A stretch of DNA of 64,000 nt. Origin: an uncultured Acidobacteriota bacterium. GTDB taxonomy: Bacteria > Acidobacteriota > Thermoanaerobaculia > UBA5066 > Gp7-AA6. The stretch lies in the NCBI GenBank assembly GCA_963764715.1, contig CAVXTP010000023.1, positions 24,085 to 88,084 of the forward strand, in the 5' to 3' direction. How positions within the stretch are numbered: the stretch's first letter is position 1; each line of letters starts with the position of its first letter. A program made the position numbers and the translations under genes. Of the stretch, positions 1-8,428 are shown piece after piece. The notes beneath the pieces are model-generated. The model saw only the letters and a list, made by a program, of their open reading frames with translations. It did not search any database and had not been told where the DNA came from.

Positions 1-600
1 CTTTCCGCGCGCCTGCTCGGGCGACATGTAGGCCGCCGTTCCCAGGATGACGCCCTTCTCGGTCCCGCCGGACGTGATGGTGGGCGAGATCGAGACGTCT
101 CCCTGTGGCGCGGCGTCCCCTCCGAAGGCCTTCGCGAGGCCGAAGTCGAGCACCTTGACCTTGCCCGCCGGCGTGACCTTGACGTTGGACGGCTTCAGGT
201 CCCGGTGGACGATTCCCTTCTCGTGCGCCGCTTCCAACGCTTCGGCGATCTGCCGGGCGAAGACCAGGCTCTCGTCCACCGGGATCGCCCCGGCGGCCAC
301 CCGCTCGGCCATCGTTTCGCCTTCGACGAGCTCGAGAACCAGGAAGCGGATGCCATTGGCCTCTTCGAGGCCGTAGATCGAGGCGATGCTCGGATGGTTG
401 AGCGAGGCGAGCAGGCGGGCTTCGCGATCGAAGCGTGACAGCCGCTCGGGATCCTGCGAGAACCCGGCCGGCAGAACCTTGACGGCGACCTGGCGCCCGA
501 GCTTGGTGTCCCGCGCCCGATAGACCTCGCCCATCCCGCCGGCGCCCAGAGGCGACAGGATCTCGTACGGGCCCAGACGCGTGCCGGCGGAGAGGCTCAC
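1..600 (-). CDS. Hanks-type Ser/Thr protein kinase, N-terminal part (runs off the window)
   Basis: Manual translation from GTG 600: [27 protein letters not shown]...VAVK...HRDLKPSN...DFGLAK...GTAAYMSPEQ. Confidence 0.93.
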   Translation of the reverse strand, partial: MSLSAGTRLGPYEILSPLGAGGMGEVYRARDTKLGRQVAVKVLPAGFSQDPERLSRFDREARLLASLNHPSIASIYGLEEANGIRFLVLELVEGETMAERVAAGAIPVDESLVFARQIAEALEAAHEKGIVHRDLKPSNVKVTPAGKVKVLDFGLAKAFGGDAAPQGDVSISPTITSGGTEKGVILGTAAYMSPEQARGK

Positions 601-601
601 T

Positions 602-3145
602 TCACTCGAGTCCTTCTATCATCCAGATCTCGCCTCCCTGCGGGCGGAAGCGATCGAAGAGGACCCACTTCCCGTCCGGCGACCAGACCGGGTAGTCGAT
701 GCGGGCGTCCGGATCGTCGAACTCGAAGACTTTCTCCGGGGTGCCGCCGTCGAGCCGGGAGACCCAGAGCTCCCGGTGTCCCACGACGTCCATGATGCGC
801 GAAAAGTCGGGGGAGAACGACATGTGGGCGCCGCCGGCGACTTCCCCGACGGGCTCCAGCTCGCCGCCCGCGAGGGGCGCCCGCAGCGTTCGCGAGGGGG
901 TTTCCGAGGAGCGGAAGATCACGGCGCTCGCGTCCCGGGTCCAGCGCAGGAAATGGCCCACCACGCGCGTCCGCGTCAGCGCCCTCGGCTGTGACCCGTC
1001 GGCGTGCATCACCCAGATTTCGAAGCGGCCGTTGCGGTCCGACTGGAAGGCGATGAAGCGTCCGTCGGGCGAGAACGAGGGATTGATGTCGAGCGACGGC
1101 GTGCGCGTGAGCGGCCGCAGGGCGCCCGAATCGAGGTCCGCGGTCCAGATGTCGGGAGAGCCCGCGCGCGACGAAAAAAACGCGATCGTCTTCCGGTCGG
1201 GCGACCAGTTCGCCTGGTAGTCGCCGCCGGGCCCTCGCGAGATCTGACGGGCCGCGCCGCCGCCGAGGTCCTGGATCCAGATGTTCATCTCTCCGCTGCG
1301 GTCGGAGTTGAACGCGATCGACCGGCCGTCCGGCGACCATGCGCCCCGGCTGTCCTCCCGATTGGTGGCGATGGTTTCCCGGGGAGCCCCCGTCGGACGC
1401 CCGCTCGATGGATCGACGGGCAGCGTCCAGATGTTGGCGTTCTGGCGCCGGATGGAGAAGGCGAGGCGCGCGCCGTCGGGCGAGGGCGTCGGCTCGAGAT
1501 CCTGGCCGGCGCCGGTCGTGACTTGCTGCGGGGCACCCCGCGGCTTGCCGCCGGCGGTGACGGCGACCCGCCAGAGGTTCAGGCCGCCGCTGCGGTACGA
1601 CGAGAAGTAGATGTAGCGCCCGGACGGCGACCAGACGGGCTGGAGATCCTGGAACGAGTCGCTCGTGACCCACTCGAGCTTCTGGGTGGAGAGGTCGACG
1701 ATGCGCACGTCGAACTTGGTGCTCTCGCGGTTCTGGAAAACGATTCGCCGGCCGTCCGGGGAGAAGCGGGGGCGAACGTGGACGATCGCCTCGGAGACGT
1801 CGCTCGTCACCTGTCGGGGATTGTGCCCCCACGGGTCGACGGTCCAGATCCGCCGCTGCCCGGCCCAGGGCGCGTCGCACGCGATCCGCTCGCCGCCGGG
1901 CGAAAAGGCCGGATTGTAGGCATCGTCGACGAGCTTCGACTCGCGGCCGGTCGCGCGGTCGAGCTTCCAGATGTCGCCTTCGCCCTGCTCGCCGAACAGG
2001 ACGTGGGGCTCGAGCTTGCGCCCGGCCCGGCGGGCCCGGACGAACAGGATCGACGCGCCGTCGGGCGACCAGCACGGCTGGATGTCGTCGAACGGGCCCG
2101 TCGTCACCGCGGCCTCGCCGCCTCCCCCGGGGCTGCGGACGAAGATCTTTCGCACGCCGCCGACGTCGGCGGCGTAGACGAGCTCGTCGCCGGCGGGGGA
2201 GAACGCGGGCGACTGCTCCAGTCCCTTCGCGATCGTGAGCAGAGTCAACCGGGGCGTCCCGGACGGGACGACGGCGCGACCGCGCGTGCGCCGCGAGAAT
2301 GTCCGCGCCTCCTGGATACGCGAGTCCGCCTCCCGCGCATTTTGCAGGCGCCGGTCGGGATCCTTCTCGAGGCAGGCGCGGAGCAGGCGGCGGATCGCGG
2401 CGGGCGTGCCCGAAGGCAGCCGCTTCCAGTCGGGCTCGTCGTGGAGAACCGCCGCGAGACAATCCGCGACCGTCTCGCCCGGGAACGCGAGGCGGCCGGA
2501 GAGCATCTCGTAGAGGAGGCACCCGAAGGACCAGAGGTCGGTGCGGTGATCGAGGGCCTGGCCCCGCGCCTGCTCGGGGCTCATGTACGCCGGCGTGCCG
2601 ACGATCGTTCCCGCGGCCGTCGCGGACGTGGGGGAGGTCATCAGGGCCGACGCGCCGCCGGGCGCGGCGACGGGCTTCGCCAGGCCGAAATCGAGCACTT
2701 TGGCGTGGCCCGCCGGCGTGACGATGACGTTGCCGGGCTTGAGGTCCCGATGCACGAGGCCTCGCTCGTGCGCCGCCGCCAGGGCGTCGGCGATCTGGGC
2801 GGCGATCTCGAGCGCCTCGGGTATCGGTATCGGACCCTGGGCCAGCCGGGCGTTGAGCGCCTGCCCCTCCACGAGCTCGAGCACGAGGAAGCTCGTCCCG
2901 TTGCGCTCCTCGAGGCCGTGGATCTGCGCGATGTGAGGGTGGTTGAGCGCGGCGAGCATGCGCGCCTCGCGCTCGAAACGCGCCAGATGCTCGGGCTCCC
3001 GCGCGAGGCGGGCGGAGATGAGCTTGATGGCGACGTCGCGCTCGAGCCGCGTGTCGCGGGCCCGGTACACCTCGCCCATGCCCCCCGCGCCGAGGAGGCT
3101 CAGGATCTCGTAGGAGCCGAGCCGGGCGCCTGGGGCGAGGGTCAT
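602..3145 (-). CDS. Ser/Thr kinase with C-terminal PD40/TolB-like beta-propeller; no evident TM helix
   Basis: GAGGMG, HRDLKPGN, DFGLAK and YMSPE motifs, then many WSPDG repeats; ATG 3145 overlaps the upstream stop (ATGA). Confidence 0.93.
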   Translation of the reverse strand: MTLAPGARLGSYEILSLLGAGGMGEVYRARDTRLERDVAIKLISARLAREPEHLARFEREARMLAALNHPHIAQIHGLEERNGTSFLVLELVEGQALNARLAQGPIPIPEALEIAAQIADALAAAHERGLVHRDLKPGNVIVTPAGHAKVLDFGLAKPVAAPGGASALMTSPTSATAAGTIVGTPAYMSPEQARGQALDHRTDLWSFGCLLYEMLSGRLAFPGETVADCLAAVLHDEPDWKRLPSGTPAAIRRLLRACLEKDPDRRLQNAREADSRIQEARTFSRRTRGRAVVPSGTPRLTLLTIAKGLEQSPAFSPAGDELVYAADVGGVRKIFVRSPGGGGEAAVTTGPFDDIQPCWSPDGASILFVRARRAGRKLEPHVLFGEQGEGDIWKLDRATGRESKLVDDAYNPAFSPGGERIACDAPWAGQRRIWTVDPWGHNPRQVTSDVSEAIVHVRPRFSPDGRRIVFQNRESTKFDVRIVDLSTQKLEWVTSDSFQDLQPVWSPSGRYIYFSSYRSGGLNLWRVAVTAGGKPRGAPQQVTTGAGQDLEPTPSPDGARLAFSIRRQNANIWTLPVDPSSGRPTGAPRETIATNREDSRGAWSPDGRSIAFNSDRSGEMNIWIQDLGGGAARQISRGPGGDYQANWSPDRKTIAFFSSRAGSPDIWTADLDSGALRPLTRTPSLDINPSFSPDGRFIAFQSDRNGRFEIWVMHADGSQPRALTRTRVVGHFLRWTRDASAVIFRSSETPSRTLRAPLAGGELEPVGEVAGGAHMSFSPDFSRIMDVVGHRELWVSRLDGGTPEKVFEFDDPDARIDYPVWSPDGKWVLFDRFRPQGGEIWMIEGLE

Positions 3146-4257
3146 TCCTTCTTCACGGCCGCGAGGACCCGGGAGAGCGCCCACGCGGGGTCGAGCGATT
3201 CCTTCTCGTAGATGTTCCACCCCGTGAAGACCGCGATGAGCTCGAGGTCAGGGACCACGATCAGGAACTGTCCCCCGTAACCCCATCCGGCGTAGGCGTC
3301 GTGCGAGCCCGGGCCCTTGCCCGGCATGACCCACCACTGGTAGCCGTACCCGAAGGCGCCGTCCTTCGTGTGAGTGCTCGCGTGCGTCGAGGCCGCGACC
3401 CAGCCTTCGGGGAGGATGCGCTTTCCGTCCCAGACGCCGTCCTTCAGATACAGGTATCCGATTTTGGCGAGGTCCCGCGGCGCGAGGTACAGCCCGCCTT
3501 CGGTGTCCGCGAGGCCCTTCGGCGTGCGCTTCCAGTAGTACTCGATCCCGAGAGGACCGAAGAGATGCTCCTTCGCGTAGTCGTCGGCCTGTTTCCCCGT
3601 CGCCTTCCAGATAAGGTACGAGAGCAGCTCCGTCGCGCCGCTGTTGTAGACGAAGACCTTCCCGGGATCCTCCGCCATCGGCTGCTCGAGGACGTAGCGG
3701 ACCCAGTCCTCACGGCCCTCCATCACGGCGCAGTTGTTCGCGGGGTCGGTGTACTCGGTCGACTCCTCGTCCCAGCGGATCCCGGCAGTCATCGTCAGGA
3801 TGTCGCGCAACTTCATCCGGTCGCGGCGCGGGTCCGGCGGAATCCTGAAATCCGCGAAGTACGGCATCGCCTTGACGTCGGCGCCCGGGATCTCCCCGCG
3901 GCGGATCGCGATCCCGACGAGCGCGGAGGTCACGCTCTTGGAGACCGACTGCATCGTGTGAAGGGGCGTGCCCTTGTAGTACGGGTGCCAGCCCGGGTCG
4001 TAGTAGTTGTAGATGCCGGGCTCGCCCTTGCCGGCGAAGAGCCGCGCATAGTCCTTCGCCCGGTCGTAGGTCTTCTCGTAGACGACCTTTCCGTGGCGGA
4101 TCACGAGCATCGAGTCGACGTAGCCGTGCTTGCCCGAGGCGAGCTCGCGGTCGAGGGAGTCCAGAGTCGCGGAGTGGAGGCCCTCGTGCTCCGGCGTGGA
4201 TTCGGCCCAGGCCTTCGCAGGGAACTGCATCGCGAGAAACAGGATGAATGGAATCAT
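3142..4257 (-). CDS. Exported serine hydrolase, beta-lactamase/class C-like family
   Basis: SxxK (SVSK), YNS and GWGYGGQ motifs; hydrophobic N-terminus; GGAGG before ATG 4257. Confidence 0.88.
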   Translation of the reverse strand: MIPFILFLAMQFPAKAWAESTPEHEGLHSATLDSLDRELASGKHGYVDSMLVIRHGKVVYEKTYDRAKDYARLFAGKGEPGIYNYYDPGWHPYYKGTPLHTMQSVSKSVTSALVGIAIRRGEIPGADVKAMPYFADFRIPPDPRRDRMKLRDILTMTAGIRWDEESTEYTDPANNCAVMEGREDWVRYVLEQPMAEDPGKVFVYNSGATELLSYLIWKATGKQADDYAKEHLFGPLGIEYYWKRTPKGLADTEGGLYLAPRDLAKIGYLYLKDGVWDGKRILPEGWVAASTHASTHTKDGAFGYGYQWWVMPGKGPGSHDAYAGWGYGGQFLIVVPDLELIAVFTGWNIYEKESLDPAWALSRVLAAVKKE

Positions 4258-4279
4258 CGATTGCCTCCGGCGGACAGAC

Positions 4280-6973
4280 TCATGGGCCCTTCCTGAGCTC
4301 CTCGGCCCAGTTGAGCACGACGACGAGGGGCGTCGGAGCATCGTCTCCTCCCCGGAGGAGGGCGAAGAAACGGCCGTCCGCTGCGACGTCGTAGCGGGAG
4401 ACCACGTCGAACCCGGGGTCGAAGGTGGAAAAGAGCGACAGCCGGAAGAGGGGATGGCTGTCGCCGAACGTGAGGTCGTCACCGCTGCGGCCGACGGCGG
4501 CGGACCAGAGCTGTCCGGACTGGATGTAGAAGAGCTCGTTGCCGTTCCGCGCCCACCGCGGTTGCGTGCCTCCCTGGGAGGAGACCCGGAACCGGCGGGT
4601 CGGCTCGGGAAACGAGGCCACGTAGATCTCCTTTCGCCCGGACTCGTCCGAGGCGTAGGCCACCCATCGACCGTCCGGAGAGAAGTCGCCGTTGGTCTCG
4701 TCGTCCTTCGAGGCGACGAATGTACGGGGCGGCGACGTTCCGCTCGTTTCGACGAACTTGAGATCGCCTCGGGTGCTCGGGTTGAACTCCCGGTAGAGCA
4801 GAAAGCGCCCATCCGGTGAGACGTCGTTGGCCGTCTTGGACGAGTCCGAATGAAGGAAGACCTTCGCCTCGCCGCCGTGAGCGGGAATTTGCCAGAGGTC
4901 CCACGGGCCGTCGGGAAACTCCGAGAAGAAGATTCGCTGCCCGTCGCTCGCGAATATCGGCGAGACCTGGGGAACCGAGTCGCGTGTGAGCCGGAGCCCC
5001 CGGCCGACTCCCGTGTCGTAGAGCCAGAGGTCCGGCGGCAGCGGCGCGGCAAACTCCGTCACCGCGGCCGAGCGCCCGTCGGAGGAGAGCGCCATCTGAA
5101 GAAATTGTCCCGGAGGGCCCACCGTCGAAAGCTCTCGTCCCGACCGATCCAGCCACACCAGCCGCGACGGCGGGACCTCGACCTTAGGCGAGTAGACGAG
5201 AAGCGTCTCGCTGACCGAATAGACGGAAGCTCCGGCCGCCCCGAAGGCCTGGATGTCTCGGACGATTGCGACGGGCTCGCCCGTCACGACCGCCGATTTC
5301 GGGTCGAAGGCGACGGCGAGAAGATCGCTCGCTCGCCGGAAGAGGAGGCGGTCGGGCGGGCCGAAGAGGGCGCTCGTCGCCTCGGCGAGAACCTGCCGCT
5401 TTTCCGGGCCGTCCAACGACCCAACGAAGACGGCATTCGAAACCTGTCGCGACTTCGGATCGGGAATTCGGATCCCGTAGAGGAACCGTCTTCCGCCCGG
5501 GAGGAACTGAGGCCACCGATGGGACACTTCGCCGGCGGCGCGATCGAGCCGTGTCACTACGGTGGGCGCCCCTCCGGATGCGTTCACGCGCATCAGGCCC
5601 GTGGAATTCTCGGAAGCGTAGAGGATCGTGCCATCCGCGCCCCAGGTGGCGCCACGCCCTTCGGTGACGTCCGCCAGCACTCTCGCGGGAGGCGGCGAAT
5701 TCGAGACCTCGACGACTTTGAGTTTTCCTTGCGCGAAGAAGCCGATCGAACGGCTGTCGGGGGACCAGAACGGAAAGAGGGCGCCTTCGCCCCCCGGCAA
5801 GGGGTACGGCTCGCGGTCCTTGAACTCTCGAATCCAGAGGCGGGGCGGGCTTTCCGCGTCTCGCGCCCCGAAGGCGAGGCGAAGGCCGTCGGGCGACACG
5901 GCGACGCTGCCGATGTTGGCACCGACGACATGGAAGGTCGTCTTCGCCGGCGGAAGAATGACCGTGATCATCGTGCGGGGCGCGGCCGCGTTTCGATGTC
6001 CGCGGGTCAGGCCGAACACGGCGAGGGCCAGGCCGGCCGCGGCGACGATCCACGGAAGGGCGGCGGACGGGCCTCGCCGTGTTCCAGGAGCCGGCGTCGC
6101 CGCCTCCGGCGCGGAGCGTTCCTGTCGGATGCCCTCGAGCTGGAGGGCGACGTCGCGGGCGGTCTGCCAGCGCTCCTCCGGCTCCTTCGCGAGGCAGGTC
6201 GCGACGACGCGATCGAGGGCTCGGGGCGAGAGGGGCTGCTCGCGCGAGATGGGCGCCGGCTCGTCGCGCAGGATCGACCCGATGAGCGAAGCCCGCGTCG
6301 CGCCCGAGAAGGCCTGGCGGCCGGTCGTCATCTCGTACAGCACGAGGCCGAGCGCGAAGATGTCCGTGCGTGCGTCCGCCTCCTTGCCCTCGAGCTGTTC
6401 GGGGGCCATGTACTGCACGGTGCCGAGGACCATGCCCGCTTCGGTCAGCGGCGTCTCCGTCGGCAGGCCCGTCGCCGACACGACCGCATCGGAGGGACCG
6501 AGCGCCCTCGCCAGGCCGAAGTCGAGGACTTTGGCGCCCGAGGACGTCACCATGATGTTGCCGGGCTTCAGGTCGCGATGGACGATCCCCTGTCGATGCG
6601 CATTCTCGAGCGCGTCGCCGATCTCGGCTCCGAGGCGCAGCGACTGGTCGAGCGGCAGCGGTCCCTTCGCAAGGCGGTCCGCGAGCGTCTGCCCCTCGAG
6701 GAGCTCCATGACCAGGTATTCGGTCGAACCTTCCCTCCCGACGTCGTAGAGCGCGCAGATGTGCGGGTGCGAAAGCTGCGAGATCGTCCTCGCCTCGCGC
6801 TCGAAGCGCTGGCGCGCCTGCTCGGAATCCGTCAGCCCGGGCGGCAGGACCTTGACTGCCACCTCGCGGCCGAGGCGCGTGTCCCGCGCCCGGTAAACCT
6901 CTCCCATCCCGCCCGCGCCGAGCGGCGAAAGGATCTCGTACGGGCCGAGGCGGGTACCGGGAGAAAGGCTCAT
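4280..6973 (-). CDS. Ser/Thr kinase, TM helix, TolB-like beta-propeller (897 aa)
   Basis: Complete kinase motifs; TM ALPWIVAAAGLALAVFGL; FWSPD/SPDG repeats. Confidence 0.94.
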   Translation of the reverse strand: MSLSPGTRLGPYEILSPLGAGGMGEVYRARDTRLGREVAVKVLPPGLTDSEQARQRFEREARTISQLSHPHICALYDVGREGSTEYLVMELLEGQTLADRLAKGPLPLDQSLRLGAEIGDALENAHRQGIVHRDLKPGNIMVTSSGAKVLDFGLARALGPSDAVVSATGLPTETPLTEAGMVLGTVQYMAPEQLEGKEADARTDIFALGLVLYEMTTGRQAFSGATRASLIGSILRDEPAPISREQPLSPRALDRVVATCLAKEPEERWQTARDVALQLEGIRQERSAPEAATPAPGTRRGPSAALPWIVAAAGLALAVFGLTRGHRNAAAPRTMITVILPPAKTTFHVVGANIGSVAVSPDGLRLAFGARDAESPPRLWIREFKDREPYPLPGGEGALFPFWSPDSRSIGFFAQGKLKVVEVSNSPPPARVLADVTEGRGATWGADGTILYASENSTGLMRVNASGGAPTVVTRLDRAAGEVSHRWPQFLPGGRRFLYGIRIPDPKSRQVSNAVFVGSLDGPEKRQVLAEATSALFGPPDRLLFRRASDLLAVAFDPKSAVVTGEPVAIVRDIQAFGAAGASVYSVSETLLVYSPKVEVPPSRLVWLDRSGRELSTVGPPGQFLQMALSSDGRSAAVTEFAAPLPPDLWLYDTGVGRGLRLTRDSVPQVSPIFASDGQRIFFSEFPDGPWDLWQIPAHGGEAKVFLHSDSSKTANDVSPDGRFLLYREFNPSTRGDLKFVETSGTSPPRTFVASKDDETNGDFSPDGRWVAYASDESGRKEIYVASFPEPTRRFRVSSQGGTQPRWARNGNELFYIQSGQLWSAAVGRSGDDLTFGDSHPLFRLSLFSTFDPGFDVVSRYDVAADGRFFALLRGGDDAPTPLVVVLNWAEELRKGP

Positions 6974-7009
6974 GGCCCTCCGGGGAATGGCCCGGATTCT
7001 ATCGCCCGG

Positions 7010-8419
7010 TCAGAGGGGCGGCCCGGGTTCCGGGCGCCGGCGGCGACGCTCGGCGATGGCGTAAAGGACGAAGCCGGCGACGACGAAGCCGAAGGAGCCG
7101 ACGGCAACCTGCAGGAAGAACCCGGCACGGTCCTTCGTATCCGCCGGAGGGATCAGCGCGAGGACGATCGCGACCGACGTCGTCACGAATCCGAGGCTGT
7201 TCCAGAACCAGCTGCCGGCGGCTCCGCCGGGCACCGGAACCGCGCCGTCCTGGCGAAGGACGTCGAGACGGAGCTTGATCGCGGCGGCGAACATGTAGAG
7301 GTACGGGAGGAAGTAGACGATCAGCGTCGCGTTGACGAGCTTGAGATACGCGTTCTTGACGGTCTCGCCCTGCGTCGCGGCGAGTATGAAGACCGCGGAG
7401 AGCCCGGCCTGGAAGAGCAGAGCGAACCAGGGGGTCTTCCACTTCGGGTGCGTGCGGCCGAAGATCGGCGGCAGGTAACGGTCGAGGCCGCCGACGAAGA
7501 GGATGCGCGCCGAGCCCACGAGCCAGGCGCCAACGCCGCCGAGGCCCGCGAGCGTCATCAAGATCGCGATCGGCGGCCCGAGCCAGGGAAGCCCGATCCG
7601 GGCCCCGGCCTTCGTCACCGCCTGGTTGACGCCCGAGATGATCGAGGTCTCGGCGGGGGGGAGGGCCCAGAGGAGCGAGATCGTGCCGAGCAGGTAGCAG
7701 GCCGCGATCGTCAGGCCCGAGATCACCACGGCCCGGGGGAACGTCCGGCGAGGTTCCACGACCTCGCCGGCCATCACGGGCGCGAGCTCGAGCCCCGCGA
7801 ATCCGAAGCAGAGATTGGCGAAGAACAGAATCGTCGGCAACGCTCCGAAGTCCGGGATGAGCGAGACCGCGGGCATGGGCGTCGCCGAGCCGAAGCGCGC
7901 GAGCGCCACGAGACCGACGAGCAAAAGAGCGGCCGACGGAATCCATTGCGCGATGCCGCCGATGTTCTGCACCCAGCGGCCCGACTTCATTCCGATGATG
8001 TTGAAGAAGAGGGCGATCAGAAGCAGCGCGAGCGCCGCACCCGCCGTGTACGTGCGGCTCTGTTCCAGATGCGCGAATCGGAGGCCGAACACGTACAGGG
8101 CGAAGACGACGGTCGAAAGCGTCAGCGTCGGAAAGTAGAGGATGTTGTTGGCCCAGTAGAGCCAGCCCGCCATGAAACCGTGACGCTCCCCGAAGGCCCG
8201 CCTCGTCCAGACGTAGAGGCCGCCCTCTTCCGGGATCGCGGAAGCGAGGGCCGTGACGGCGAACCCCTGCGGGATGAAGAACGCGACGCCGGCGAGGACC
8301 CAGAGGAAGAGCGAGGACGGGCCGTTCGCCGCCGCGAGCGCAATCCAGCGCATGCCGACGATCGCGGCGACGTTGAAGAGGACGATGTCCTTCGTCTTGA
8401 GGGCGCGTTCGAGCGCCAT
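7010..8419 (-). CDS. APC-family amino acid permease
   Basis: About 12 hydrophobic segments; PEEGGLYVW and FAGLE motifs. Confidence 0.9.
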   Translation of the reverse strand: MALERALKTKDIVLFNVAAIVGMRWIALAAANGPSSLFLWVLAGVAFFIPQGFAVTALASAIPEEGGLYVWTRRAFGERHGFMAGWLYWANNILYFPTLTLSTVVFALYVFGLRFAHLEQSRTYTAGAALALLLIALFFNIIGMKSGRWVQNIGGIAQWIPSAALLLVGLVALARFGSATPMPAVSLIPDFGALPTILFFANLCFGFAGLELAPVMAGEVVEPRRTFPRAVVISGLTIAACYLLGTISLLWALPPAETSIISGVNQAVTKAGARIGLPWLGPPIAILMTLAGLGGVGAWLVGSARILFVGGLDRYLPPIFGRTHPKWKTPWFALLFQAGLSAVFILAATQGETVKNAYLKLVNATLIVYFLPYLYMFAAAIKLRLDVLRQDGAVPVPGGAAGSWFWNSLGFVTTSVAIVLALIPPADTKDRAGFFLQVAVGSFGFVVAGFVLYAIAERRRRRPEPGPPL

Positions 8420-8428
8420 GCCTCTCCT

